Shown: piece after piece, positions 19,249-28,812 of the stretch | Layout: every line of letters starts with the position of its first letter | Position numbering within the stretch: position 1 is the stretch's first letter | NCBI GenBank assembly: GCA_963722385.1 | Contig: CAVRKK010000002.1 | Coordinates: 832,001-896,000 of the forward strand | Reading direction: 5' to 3' | From: an uncultured bacterium | GTDB taxonomy: Bacteria > Babelota > Babeliae > Babelales > Babelaceae | Length of the DNA stretch: 64,000 bases | Made by a program: the position numbers and the translations under genes | The notes under the pieces: model-generated | Told to the model about the DNA's origin: nothing | The model's database searches: none | What the model saw: the letters and a program-made list of their open reading frames with translations, nothing else

Positions 19249-20484
19249 ATGTTTCAACGGAATCTACGACCTATACTTGAAAAAGCTCTTGCGAGAAGCC
19301 CTGTCGTTCTGCTCAATGGCGCGAGGCAAACGGGGAAAACGACGCTCGTTAAGCTTATCGGACAGGAAAAGGGTTACACCTACATCACGTTTGACGATTT
19401 GCACTTCTTATCTTTAGCCAAGCAAGATCCGGTTGGCTTTCTTGCTGGCATACCAAAGCCCGTTATTTTTGATGAAGTTCAGCGTGCTCCAGAAATACTT
19501 TTGGGCATCAAGAAAGATGTCGATGAACATCGAGAGCCGGGACGTTATTTAGTAACGGGATCGGCTAACCCGCTGCTTATTTCTCATTTAGGAGAATTTC
19601 TTGTCGGGCGGATGGAGATACTCGAGATGTACCCGCTTTCTCAAGGAGAACTCATAGGCAAAGTCGAAGGCTTTATCGATTATGCTTTCGCTGATGGCGC
19701 ATTGCCAACTTTGGCGACTTCGCTATCCAAACGAGATCTCTTTAAGCGGGTTCTCGTGGGAGGGTATCCTCTTGTCCAAGACATCAGCCAAGAAGATCGT
19801 GCGAGTTGGTTTGCAAGCTATCTCAAGACCCTGGTAGAGCGTGATGTAAAGGACCTTGCTAATGTGGCAGGGCTTACTGAATTACCATTTTTGCTACGAC
19901 TTCTCGCCACACGAGCGGGCAATTTGCTCAATATTGCTGAAGTTTCACGGGTAAGCGGCGTTGCTTTGACAACATTGAGGCGTTACCTTGCTTTGCTTAA
20001 GGCCCTTTTTATCATAGATTTTCAGCAACCGTGGGCTTCTCACGAAGGAAAGAGGCTTGTCAAAACGCCAAAGCTTTATATGATAGATGCTGGGCTCTTG
20101 TCATATCTTTTAGCAATTACGCTTAATACGCTTGATGCTGAAAATAAGCTGGTTGTTATGGGGAGTATTTTGGAAAACTTTGTTTTCAACGAGCTTACCA
20201 AGCAAAGTACCTGGAGCTCCAAGCGAGTCACCAATTATCATTACCGTACTCAAACGGGTACTGAGGTTGACTTTGTTCTCGAGGATGACGCGCGGCGCAT
20301 AGTTGGTCTCGAGGTTAAGTCAGCCAGCACATTGATACCAAATGATTTTAAAGGGCTTATGCATCTCCAGCAGGAAATGGGAAAAAATTTTGCTAAAGGT
20401 ATAATTTTATATACTGGCGCTCAATACATTCCTATGAATAAGCAAATTTTTGCCTTGCCGATAAGTTCATTGTGGACAATGTAG
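19249..20484 (+). CDS. AAA+ ATPase with DUF4143 domain
   Basis: GARQTGKTT, FDEVQR, TGS, GGYP, KTPKLYMIDAGL, EVDFVLE..LEVK. Confidence 0.9.
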   Translation: MFQRNLRPILEKALARSPVVLLNGARQTGKTTLVKLIGQEKGYTYITFDDLHFLSLAKQDPVGFLAGIPKPVIFDEVQRAPEILLGIKKDVDEHREPGRYLVTGSANPLLISHLGEFLVGRMEILEMYPLSQGELIGKVEGFIDYAFADGALPTLATSLSKRDLFKRVLVGGYPLVQDISQEDRASWFASYLKTLVERDVKDLANVAGLTELPFLLRLLATRAGNLLNIAEVSRVSGVALTTLRRYLALLKALFIIDFQQPWASHEGKRLVKTPKLYMIDAGLLSYLLAITLNTLDAENKLVVMGSILENFVFNELTKQSTWSSKRVTNYHYRTQTGTEVDFVLEDDARRIVGLEVKSASTLIPNDFKGLMHLQQEMGKNFAKGIILYTGAQYIPMNKQIFALPISSLWTM

Positions 20485-20520
20485 GCTGACTATCGAAAAA
20501 ATATAAACAAGGAACTACTT

Positions 20521-20973
20521 ATGGTAGACAGGCGACCTCACCTGGGTGTGGCGGTTATTATCCGAAAAGGTAACACTATTCTGTTGGGTAAAAGAAAAAA
20601 TGCTCACGGAGAGGGCACCTGGGCAACACCTGGTGGGCATCTTGAATTTGGGGAAACGTTCGAGCAATGTGCGATACGTGAAGTCTTAGAAGAGACCGGC
20701 TTGCAACTTGGTATGATGTGGCAAGGTCCCTCGGTCAACAATATTTTTTTTCAAGAAAACATGCATTACGTTACGATTTTTATGGTAGCCGATTATGTTG
20801 GCGGTGTTCCGGAAGCTCGTGAGCCTGATAAGTGCGAGCAGTGGGAGTGGTTTGATTGGAGTGCTTTACCCAAGCCTTTGTTTATGTCCTACCATATGCT
20901 CAATATACCCGAAAATCATCTTGCGCTAACGCATCTTAAGGGTCATCAGGGCGACCAGGCACAAAATTCCTGA
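20521..20973 (+). CDS. NUDIX hydrolase (NUDT15-like)
   Basis: [24 protein letters not shown]udix box; [11 protein letters not shown]; tail reads antisense into the mraY remnant. Confidence 0.9.
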   Translation: MVDRRPHLGVAVIIRKGNTILLGKRKNAHGEGTWATPGGHLEFGETFEQCAIREVLEETGLQLGMMWQGPSVNNIFFQENMHYVTIFMVADYVGGVPEAREPDKCEQWEWFDWSALPKPLFMSYHMLNIPENHLALTHLKGHQGDQAQNS

Positions 20974-21039
20974 GACAAGGCCAAAGCGCACGGTAATTTT
21001 TGCTTCCTGCCAGCCCATGAGCTCAAAATGATGGTGGAG
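20926..21039 (-). pseudogene. mraY: Stranded 3' fragment of mraY (last 37 codons)
   Basis: Encodes [37 protein letters not shown], the same peptide as the mraY C-terminus at 27169-27282. Confidence 0.92.
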
Positions 21040-21075
21040 TGAGGAGATTGATTAGTTGATAATTATAAATATTTA

Positions 21076-22236
21076 TTAGCAGCAAAACTTCTTTAAAAAA
21101 TCGTATATGATTGCATAGCCTATCTCTAGATCTTCGAGCCTAATGGATTCATTTACCTCATGTAATGCGGGCTTTATGGCAAATGGTGTAAGTCCTAAAG
21201 TTTCCGAACCATAGTGGCTATAAAACCGTGAATCGGTAGTTGCTTCAAAGTACAATGGCTTTGCATGGTAACCGCTCTTTTTTATTGCTTGAGCAAGCGA
21301 GTGGTAAAAGAGAGTGTCTGTTGGAGCAATTTTCATGCGCTCAGTACTGGTAGCAAGGATTTTATAAGCTATAGAGTTGTATTTTATACAAAGCTCATCG
21401 AGCTGCTCTGTTATATGGGAGTATTCCATCTGCAGTGGTATTCGAATATCTACTGTTGCTGACGCTTTGGAAGGTATGACGTTTAAGATATTTGAGCATC
21501 CGGCTTGCAGCGATGTAACTTGGTAGGAACATAATAGTCCAGCGGTTTGTTGAGAAGCGTTTTTTTGTTGTTTAGCGTGTAATTGATAGAGATCATATAA
21601 AAAACGAACAAGCTCATATGCTGCATTGGGCGACACAAGCGATGACCCGTGTGCGTTTTTTCCTATTGATGTTATTTGAATCTGTAATGGCGTTCGCTCA
21701 CCTATTTTTATAAATAGGTGGGCGTCATTTCCTGATGCAAGGCCCTCATCAAGAACGTAACCAGGAGCATAGTACTTATATGCTGGGTGTTCAATAAACT
21801 GCTTTGTTCCTAAAAAACCACCTCGTTCTTCATCAGGTACCATAAAAATATGGATTGTTCGTTGAGGAACAATCCCTGATTTTTTAAGTGCAGATAATGC
21901 TGCATAGTGAACAACGCCAACTCCTTTCATATCTTGTGTGCCACGTCCTATTATACGTTGATCTTGTACTACACCATTGAAAGGACCGACGCGCCACTCA
22001 CTTGCTGTAGCTGGTACAACGTCCATATGATGATTTAAAGCAAGCGGTTTTAATGCTTGGTCTTTGGCTTCCAAGGTTATGATCAAAACTGGATAACCTG
22101 ATGGTAATGCGATTACCTGGCTTGTTAAGCCATCAGCATTTGCATAATTGAGAAATAGTTCTACGCAGGCATAGTATGCTTGTTGCTCGCCTTCGCTTGT
22201 ATCGATGGCGATATAGGAACATAGTAGATCTTTCAC
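21076..22236 (-). CDS. M20 family aminoacylase-1-like metallohydrolase
   Basis: LNHHMDVVPA, GRGTQDMKGVG, VPDEERGG, LDEG, TTDSRF, LHEVNE. Confidence 0.88.
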   Translation of the reverse strand: MKDLLCSYIAIDTSEGEQQAYYACVELFLNYANADGLTSQVIALPSGYPVLIITLEAKDQALKPLALNHHMDVVPATASEWRVGPFNGVVQDQRIIGRGTQDMKGVGVVHYAALSALKKSGIVPQRTIHIFMVPDEERGGFLGTKQFIEHPAYKYYAPGYVLDEGLASGNDAHLFIKIGERTPLQIQITSIGKNAHGSSLVSPNAAYELVRFLYDLYQLHAKQQKNASQQTAGLLCSYQVTSLQAGCSNILNVIPSKASATVDIRIPLQMEYSHITEQLDELCIKYNSIAYKILATSTERMKIAPTDTLFYHSLAQAIKKSGYHAKPLYFEATTDSRFYSHYGSETLGLTPFAIKPALHEVNESIRLEDLEIGYAIIYDFLKKFCC

Positions 22237-22255
22237 GTCGAAACTCGCTGTGGGT

Positions 22256-22282
22256 TGCCGAGCTGACTTAGTCAGCTCGGCA
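22256..22282. terminator. Strong intergenic hairpin
   Basis: TGCCGAGCTGACT-T-AGTCAGCTCGGCA; no clear U-tract. Confidence 0.45.
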
Positions 22283-22289
22283 TTGTTTA

Positions 22290-23162
22290 TTATTTATATT
22301 CGTAGGTACTTGCTAGCAATACATAGCCAAAACCAGATACACTCTCAGGTATGAGCATTCCAGTATCATTAAACTCTGGTTTGTATGCTTTAAACCTAAT
22401 ACAATCAAGCGGTAAGCAAGTGCGTGAAGTGTCTGACAGGAGCCGTTGCATTTCCTCAGCAAACACAAGTGCGATGCTTTTGGTTCTTCCTTCGGCTAAG
22501 CTTCCTCCCGCTAGCTCTTGTATCAATCCATAAACTAACCCTATTCCATCATAGTTTTTCGCTTTAATAGTGTTAACTATATCTTGACCTCGCAATTGTA
22601 GCGCCGTTCGTAAAAGCTCGGCATTAATTCCCTGGCCTCGATGTGCAGGTAGCGTGTAGTCGCTGCCGTTGTAGATAAAGAGTGTACTTAGAGGATTTGA
22701 ACGCGAGATATGATTGAGTGGCCTAAAAAGGATTTTTCGTTGAGTAGGCCGCGCTAAGAAAATTGCGCAGCCTTGATGATCTTCTTTATAATATAATTTG
22801 TCTTCGAAGCAGCGAATTTCACCAAAAAGTATTTCGTAGAACTCTTCTGTATTTTCAGTAATAAGAAAGAGTTTTTTAAAAGCGACAAGCTGACCATCGC
22901 TTGTTGCCGCAACAAAAATACGACCTTTTTCAATCGCTTCTTTCAATGCTGGTTCCCTCAACGACTCAGGCAAGACAACGAGCGCATGCTTGGCTTCATC
23001 ATCAAATCCAGCAATCATTTTTAATAGCTCTGGTATGTCATCAGAAGCTGCTTGACGATAGGTTATTTTCGCCTGGCTAGGAGAAGAGTCTGAAGGTGAC
23101 TCCATGCCATTGACTAAATTAAAAATGGAAATTATAAGAAATAAGCTCATAAAGCGGAACAT
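22290..23162 (-). CDS. Secreted GNAT-like acetyltransferase
   Basis: Signal peptide ending VNG-ME; YRQAASDDIPEL and TLPAHRGQGINAELL (acetyl-CoA motif A). Confidence 0.65.
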   Translation of the reverse strand: MFRFMSLFLIISIFNLVNGMESPSDSSPSQAKITYRQAASDDIPELLKMIAGFDDEAKHALVVLPESLREPALKEAIEKGRIFVAATSDGQLVAFKKLFLITENTEEFYEILFGEIRCFEDKLYYKEDHQGCAIFLARPTQRKILFRPLNHISRSNPLSTLFIYNGSDYTLPAHRGQGINAELLRTALQLRGQDIVNTIKAKNYDGIGLVYGLIQELAGGSLAEGRTKSIALVFAEEMQRLLSDTSRTCLPLDCIRFKAYKPEFNDTGMLIPESVSGFGYVLLASTYEYK

Positions 23163-23222
23163 ATGTTTATCTCCAAATATAGGTAGAAAATACTTAAGTT
23201 AAATAAAATAAGTTAATAAGCA

Positions 23223-24143
23223 TTAAAAAGTAGTAGGCGACAAGCGCCAAGGAATAAATGAGCCGATATGTTGAACTAATTCCTCAGGTAGTCTTTGTCG
23301 CAATTGGTTGAGACCCTTCCTTTGTTGGTAATTTTTCATAACTTCAACTATCTGTTCCATAGCAGTGTAGCGTATGCTTTGGCTTGCTGCTTCTACGTAG
23401 GCCTGCGCTTGTTGTGCTTTTTTGAGAATATGGTGGATATTAATTGCTATGCTATAAAAGGACATTGCATCTAAAATGAGCTCTACGACAGCGGGATGTC
23501 CTTGAGCGATTGCCCAGTATAAGGCTTGAGTTATAACATAAGTAAAGCAAGCACTGGTAGGATTCAAAGAAGCTAATAATAGCGCAATCTCTTCCTGTTG
23601 ACCAGTAAATGCTGCTATGTAAAAGGCTTCTGCAATGGTATTACCCGTAATCAAATGTTTACCATTCTTCCAAATAAAATTTTTCACTTCAGTCTTTTGT
23701 CTACCAAGTGCTATCAGGAATGCTTCGTTAAGTATTTTGATTTCTTCATCTGACAGCGAGCTTTCTCTTGCGAGAAGCGCGGTAATAAATTGTAAAGCTT
23801 TATTTTGGTTGCCGAATGCAACTGCTCTTAAAACCTTTTCCGGATGCGCCTTTTTAAAATCTGCGCAAAATTGCTCGTCATGACAAAGGTATGCAAGAGC
23901 ACCGTAACGAATGATCCAGCGCATTGCTTCGCTTGTCAGGCGCCCTTCTTCATAGGGAAGCTGAGCTAAAAATATCCCAAGTGATTCACCTTGAGCGAGC
24001 ATTTTTTTAATAGCGGCCACCGATAGTTGTTTTTTGAAATAATGGCAAAGTGGGTCCTTTGTAGGCATGAAGTCTGCGCAAAACTCCATGCTTTTAAGCG
24101 ATGTGCTTATGCAGATCAGCAACAATAAATATTTGTATATCAT
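23223..24143 (-). CDS. Secreted ankyrin-like helical repeat protein
   Basis: Likely start MIYKYLLLL (24143), signal ending LKS-ME; ALYWAIAQGHPAVVELIL; C-terminal LPEELVQHIGSFI. Confidence 0.7.
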   Translation of the reverse strand: MIYKYLLLLICISTSLKSMEFCADFMPTKDPLCHYFKKQLSVAAIKKMLAQGESLGIFLAQLPYEEGRLTSEAMRWIIRYGALAYLCHDEQFCADFKKAHPEKVLRAVAFGNQNKALQFITALLARESSLSDEEIKILNEAFLIALGRQKTEVKNFIWKNGKHLITGNTIAEAFYIAAFTGQQEEIALLLASLNPTSACFTYVITQALYWAIAQGHPAVVELILDAMSFYSIAINIHHILKKAQQAQAYVEAASQSIRYTAMEQIVEVMKNYQQRKGLNQLRQRLPEELVQHIGSFIPWRLSPTTF

Positions 24144-24171
24144 TTTTATTACCTTGTGTGAAAATTTTTGC

Positions 24172-24810
24172 CTATCCGAGCTTAATGGGTTCCCCGGTCT
24201 GGTAATCTTGTATAATGGCGTCATCATGACAAATGCAAATGCAGAATATATCCTTGCTAATATGCTTGATCATATCCATGACATGGCGAGCGTTTGCTTG
24301 ATCAAGCGCTGAAGTTGGCTCATCAAGAATAAGTATCAGTGGATTTTTTGCTAATGCCATACTTAAAGTGAGTAATTGACGCTGTCCACCAGAAAGATTT
24401 TTCGCAGGCATGTTATCTGGTATTCCAAAAGGTATATTTGGAGTACTCGTAGCCAAGCTTAATCCCGGGTATGCCGGAAAGCTTGAAGCACAGATATTTT
24501 CTTTTGCCGAGAAATTAAGTGCTAACATGTTATCTACCTGTTGATGGACATAAACAGCATGGTTGTATAGGAATTGCTTGGTCCTTTTGTGTGCTAAGTT
24601 ATGGATGCTATTTTGTACGGTGATGGTGCCGCTTAAGAGTCCAGGTGATTCTACCAGTCCAGCGAGAATATGGGCGAGTGTTGTCTTACCAGTACCGTTT
24701 TGTCCTGTTAAAAAGTAAAGCCCATATTCCTCAAGAGTGAACGAGAGCTTATTAAAGAGTTGCTTTCCGGCAGGAAAGGTAAAAGTAAGGTTATTTACAC
24801 TAAGTTTCAT
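24172..24810 (-). CDS. ABC transporter ATP-binding protein
   Basis: GQNGTGKTT, LSGGQRQ, ILDEPTSALD, CH; real start MKLSV at 24810. Confidence 0.92.
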   Translation of the reverse strand: MKLSVNNLTFTFPAGKQLFNKLSFTLEEYGLYFLTGQNGTGKTTLAHILAGLVESPGLLSGTITVQNSIHNLAHKRTKQFLYNHAVYVHQQVDNMLALNFSAKENICASSFPAYPGLSLATSTPNIPFGIPDNMPAKNLSGGQRQLLTLSMALAKNPLILILDEPTSALDQANARHVMDMIKHISKDIFCICICHDDAIIQDYQTGEPIKLG

Positions 24811-24812
24811 GG

Positions 24813-25688
24813 TTATATTCCTAAGGTAATAGGCGATTTTTGCATAAGGAAAAGGCATGTTAGTACCACTGCTTGTACAAGCTGAAAGTAGTGAAGATCG
24901 ATGCCAATATGAAGCAGGCACGATTGTACAACAAAGTAGCAAGCAATTCCGATTAGGGGTTGGACGGCGCTGATTGTTGCTTTTGTAGGATTGACTGTTT
25001 TGCCCAGCATTAAGGCGGTGATGCATAAAAGAGGTATGCCGTGAGCCATGCTTGTATCAATAAAGCCATTGTTTTGTGCTACCAAAAACCCGCTGATTCC
25101 TGCTAGTGCGTTGGCGATAGCAAGGCCTGCGCATACGCTGTAGGTCGTTGATATCTTATGGCTTGCTAAAAATTGGGCATTATCGCCATAAAAAGCACAA
25201 GTTATCCCAAGCCTTGTCTTTAATAGATAGGCCATGCAAAGGATGGCGCCAACGCCGGTAAGAAGCAGTATCGGCAATGTCGGATGTGCAGGAATGAAAG
25301 AAAGCATGTTTAGTGCCGCGTGATTGGTAAGTGATTTATGACTTCCACCGAGAACCAACAAGCTTGCGCCATGCGCAAAGCCCACAATAACGATGCTACA
25401 CAAAAGATGTGACAGCCTACCATAGGCATTCAGCAACCCGGCTGCGAGGCCAACAGTGCTTCCTGCCACGAAGGCTGCTGCAAGCCCAATTACAAGACTT
25501 GCCAAGGGACCTCCTGGCATTGCGGTAGTGGCAAAACTTCCCGCAAGAGCTCCTATAAGCATAGCACTTTCGATGCTGAGATTTGGTATTTTCATAAGAC
25601 CTATTACAAAGTAGGCCCCGAGGATTAACGGGGCGTACAGTAATGTATGTTCGGTGATAATGAGGCCTTGTTGCAGTAGGCTATACAT
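24813..25688 (-). CDS. ABC transporter permease
   Basis: Polytopic; PNLSIES, LLKTRLG, ANALAGISGFL. Confidence 0.88.
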   Translation of the reverse strand: MYSLLQQGLIITEHTLLYAPLILGAYFVIGLMKIPNLSIESAMLIGALAGSFATTAMPGGPLASLVIGLAAAFVAGSTVGLAAGLLNAYGRLSHLLCSIVIVGFAHGASLLVLGGSHKSLTNHAALNMLSFIPAHPTLPILLLTGVGAILCMAYLLKTRLGITCAFYGDNAQFLASHKISTTYSVCAGLAIANALAGISGFLVAQNNGFIDTSMAHGIPLLCITALMLGKTVNPTKATISAVQPLIGIACYFVVQSCLLHIGIDLHYFQLVQAVVLTCLFLMQKSPITLGI

Positions 25689-26651
25689 AGGTTACCTCTG
25701 GAAATATTTCTGATTGAGCTATTCCAAGAGACTGTAGGGCCTTTTGATTTATTAGAAATCGGCATTGATCGAGAACTTTGCTTGGAACCTCGCTCGGTTT
25801 TTTACGGTCATGAAGAATTACATAAGCTTGATGAGCAGCTGAGGAACCAAACTCATATATTCATAAAGACCATAGGCACAGGTTGCGCCTGCGCTTAATG
25901 AGTTTAAATCTGAGGCATAGAGTGGCAGATGGAGATGATTGCAAAGCATCACCAATTTTTCTATGGAGGCAACAACAGTATTATCACGAAGAATAATAAC
26001 TCCGTCCTGGCCTGGCATAAGCACGGAAGCTTTATGTGAAAGCTCAGCAGATGTGAATATGGGGGCGAGCGTAAGTTCTATACCATGTTCCTTGCAGCAG
26101 GTGGCTAGTGTATCCTTGGCTGCATCGATCATAGGGCTTGGGCAATAGATCAAGAGAAGTCTTTTAATGTTGGGAAAGAGCTTTTGGAAAAAATCAAGTT
26201 GCTTCTGGTAGTGATTTTTGCCAAAGACCTCTGTTACTGTCGTGAAAGTACTGCCTGATGAGGCGAGCGAGGCAATAATCCCGTTTTGTATAGGATTATC
26301 GACAGCCGTGCCAATAATCGGGAGGTTGCTATTGCGCTGGAGCGCCACCTCTTTCATGATTATAGCTGGTTGCGTAGCTACAACAAGCGCAAGATCGTAT
26401 GAGTCTTGGATGATTTTTTCAGCCTGAGTTCGTAGCATTACACGGTCACCGTGAGCGTTGAAGACATCAAAGGTGCACGTTAGACTTTTTGATAAAGTTT
26501 CTTTAAATCCTTTGATAATTTCTTCAAGAGCTCCATGGGAGATTGGCGTCAAAATAGCAATGCGGTGATGATCTCCTTGGTGATTTTTTTTATGATAATA
26601 TGCGTAACAAGCTATAGTTGCTATTAAAATTAGTATAATATACATTTTCAT
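25681..26651 (-). pseudogene. ABC substrate-binding protein (ABC_sub_bind/TrpX-like), frameshifted near the 3' end
   Basis: SHGALEEIIKGF, NAHGD, DNTVVAS. Removing 2 nt in GAATATATGAG near 25857 restores YEFGSSAAHQAYVIL...KPSEVP...EVTYV*, ending 25681. Confidence 0.8.
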
Positions 26652-26792
26652 GAATTTTCCTTAAAAGCTAAATAGTACCAAGTGTGGAGAAAGATCTTGG
26701 ATTGCTATCGCCAGGGAAAATTCGTAACTAAGTTAGAAGAGGGGGAAAAGAGACAATAAAAAGAATAGAGAGGGAAACTTAAAAAAATAAGA

Positions 26793-26834
26793 TTATTTTG
26801 ACGCGAGCCAGGGATACCCCCGATAAATAGCCAT
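26793..26834 (-). CDS. Putative leader peptide MAIYRGYPWLASK
   Basis: AAGGAG 5 nt before ATG; 2 Tyr and 1 Trp in 13 codons; lies between a promoter and the ABC operon. Confidence 0.6.
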   Translation of the reverse strand: MAIYRGYPWLASK

Positions 26835-26874
26835 AACGACTCCTTGTAATGGCAGGTTTAAGAGATTACTTTAA

Positions 26875-26904
26875 AGTGTAGCAAATTGAATGGGCCTATG
26901 TCAA
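26875..26904 (-). promoter_or_regulatory. Sigma70 promoter of the ABC operon
   Basis: TTGACA, 18-nt spacer ending TGC, TACACT (extended -10). Confidence 0.7.
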
Positions 26905-27088
26905 GGTATCACTCAGCGGAGCGAATGGTGAATTAAAGAGCAGAATCAAAAGCTCTTAACAGGTAGACGAGGAGAGCCACTTTAACATGAGCCAAGAAGC
27001 CATTAATTGATCTAGCAAATCGATAGAGAGCGGAGGCTCGTATTTTAAGATAACTAAAGATTGTTCTATCCGGCAATTGAGGAGAAAC

Positions 27089-27119
27089 CTTGGTACCTGA
27101 ATATGTCTCAGGTACCAAG
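27089..27119. terminator. Hairpin downstream of mraY
   Basis: CTTGGTACCTGA-7 nt-TCAGGTACCAAG, 12-bp stem. Confidence 0.5.
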
Positions 27120-27168
27120 CTGTTGTTTGAGCCTACTAAATCCTCAATATACCGAAAATCTTATTGCG

Positions 27169-28233
27169 CTAGCGCATCTTAAGGGTCATCAGGGCGACCA
27201 GGCACAAAATTCCTGAGACAAGGCCAAAGCGCACGGTAATTTTTGCTTCTTGCCAGCCCATGAGTTCAAAGTGGTGGTGGAGCGGCGCCATACGAAAAAT
27301 ACGTTTATTGCGCAGCTTATATGAGAAGACCTGCATTATAACAGACAGCGTCTCAAGCACAAAGAGCCCGCCTGCTACAGCAAGTAAGAGCTCCTGCTTT
27401 GCCATAAGCGCCATCAGGGCGAGGCCGCTTCCGAGCGCAAGTGAGCCGACGTCGCCCATAAATATTTGTGCAGGGTAGGCATTATACCAGAGAAAGCCCA
27501 GCGAAGCGCCCACTAAAGTTGCCCCTAACACCGCAATCTCGGCATTGGCCATAAAAGGGATATGCAAATATGACGCAAAAACAGCATGTCCTGATATGTA
27601 TAAAAGACCAGTAAATGTTGCAAAATTTGAGATCAGTGAGCCGATAGCAAGACCGTCCAAGCCATCGGTTAGGTTGACTGCGTTGCTCGTCCCCACCAGT
27701 AAAAAAATTGCCCACGGTATAAATAAGAGGCCAAGCTCTGGGCAGATATTTTTAAAAAAGGGAACGCATATAGTAGTTGCTGGGTTACACAACCAGAGCC
27801 AGGCGAGGACGACAAGCGTTGCAACGCCTATCTGCGCGCGAAATTTGTATTTTTCTGAGATACCCTTGCGGTATTTTACTTTGTTCCAGTCATCCCAAAA
27901 GCCTATAGCTCCGAAGCCGCATAAGCATGCGAGGAAGACCCAGACCTGGTATTTCGTTAAGTTACACCAGAGCAGGGTAGTGATAATCACTATGGCCAAG
28001 ATAAACAACCCGCCCATGGTCGGCATGCCGTCTTTTGCTTTGTGCGATTCAGGAGCATGTTGGCGGCTTGCTGAAACAAACCATTGACGCGAGCGGCGAA
28101 TAAACCATGGACCAAAAATGAAAAACAGGAATAACGCGGTAAGCAGTGACGCCATAATTCGGAAGCTAACGTAATGCACAACGTTAAAAAAGTTGACATA
28201 TTGTCTTAAAAATAGCGATGAGTGGTAAATCAT
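27169..28233 (-). CDS. mraY: Phospho-N-acetylmuramoyl-pentapeptide transferase
   Basis: PTMGG, GFWDD, SNAVNLTDGLDGL, FMGDVGS, MAPLHHHFE. Confidence 0.97.
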   Translation of the reverse strand: MIYHSSLFLRQYVNFFNVVHYVSFRIMASLLTALFLFFIFGPWFIRRSRQWFVSASRQHAPESHKAKDGMPTMGGLFILAIVIITTLLWCNLTKYQVWVFLACLCGFGAIGFWDDWNKVKYRKGISEKYKFRAQIGVATLVVLAWLWLCNPATTICVPFFKNICPELGLLFIPWAIFLLVGTSNAVNLTDGLDGLAIGSLISNFATFTGLLYISGHAVFASYLHIPFMANAEIAVLGATLVGASLGFLWYNAYPAQIFMGDVGSLALGSGLALMALMAKQELLLAVAGGLFVLETLSVIMQVFSYKLRNKRIFRMAPLHHHFELMGWQEAKITVRFGLVSGILCLVALMTLKMR

Positions 28234-28324
28234 AGGTGCTCTAGTAATTTTTACAAAATCTATGAGTAAGATATAGCATTGTTGAGCGTATCATAAACTT
28301 ACCGCGGAACCAAACCAAATACAA

Positions 28325-28812
28325 TTGCCGGTGCGGGAAAAATATCGCCTATGCGGCCGACTTCGCCAAGGCTGGGGCGCCTATGCGGCGGGCACACCTA
28401 CGCAGTGGCGGCAGGAGCGTGCTCCTGCACCTGTCGATTTGTTTTTTGTATTTTACCAGCTATATTTTAGTCCCGCCGTAACCATGCGCCCCGCATGGTT
28501 ACGGCAACCGCAATTCTCCTAACGGAGAATAAAAAGTTTTTTCGGATGGCAACAGCAGTCTCTTGATTAAAAGAGAACTAAAATCTTTAATAAATAAAAT
28601 CTGATGAGGACCCTCGTAATAGCCCGGCTCATCCTTCCGGGATGCAAAATGCACGAGTAGGGCCGCTTGGATGGGGATCCAAAGGAACAGGGCATGGGTG
28701 CCGGACATAAACATGCGAAGTAACGCATGTTTATGTCCGGAGCAGCCTTCGAAAGAAGGCGATTAGCGTAGGTCACGCAAGCACGCCTGCCGCTCGCGCC
28801 GCGGAGGCGCTA
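28325..28812. ncRNA. Candidate structured RNA or cluster of palindromic repeats, family unknown
   Basis: GC-rich relative to flanks; perfect stems at 28411-28428, 28475-28505, 28701-28740 and 28745-28760 (GAAA loop). Confidence 0.35.

Larger units (their letters stand above)
21040..27142. mobile_element. Putative island between direct repeats of the mraY 3' end
   Basis: About 140-bp direct repeats at 20899-21039 and 27143-27282; all cargo on the minus strand; no integrase seen. Confidence 0.65.

Noticed and set aside
18625..19257. 210-aa minus-strand ORF and the many other short overlapping ORFs in the track
   Set aside because: Shadows of well-supported genes; those seen twice recur only because of the inverted duplication.
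24811..25026. Extended N-termini in the ORF track (ABC ATPase; also 2668, 24227, 50661, 56059, 63429)
   Set aside because: They overlap upstream genes or lack an RBS; downstream ATGs fit better.
28601..28760. Hammerhead ribozyme (CTGATGAG) or SRP RNA (CCGGAAGG, AGCAG)
   Set aside because: No GAAA follows a closing stem II, and the SRP helix-8 elements are not in the correct order on one strand.
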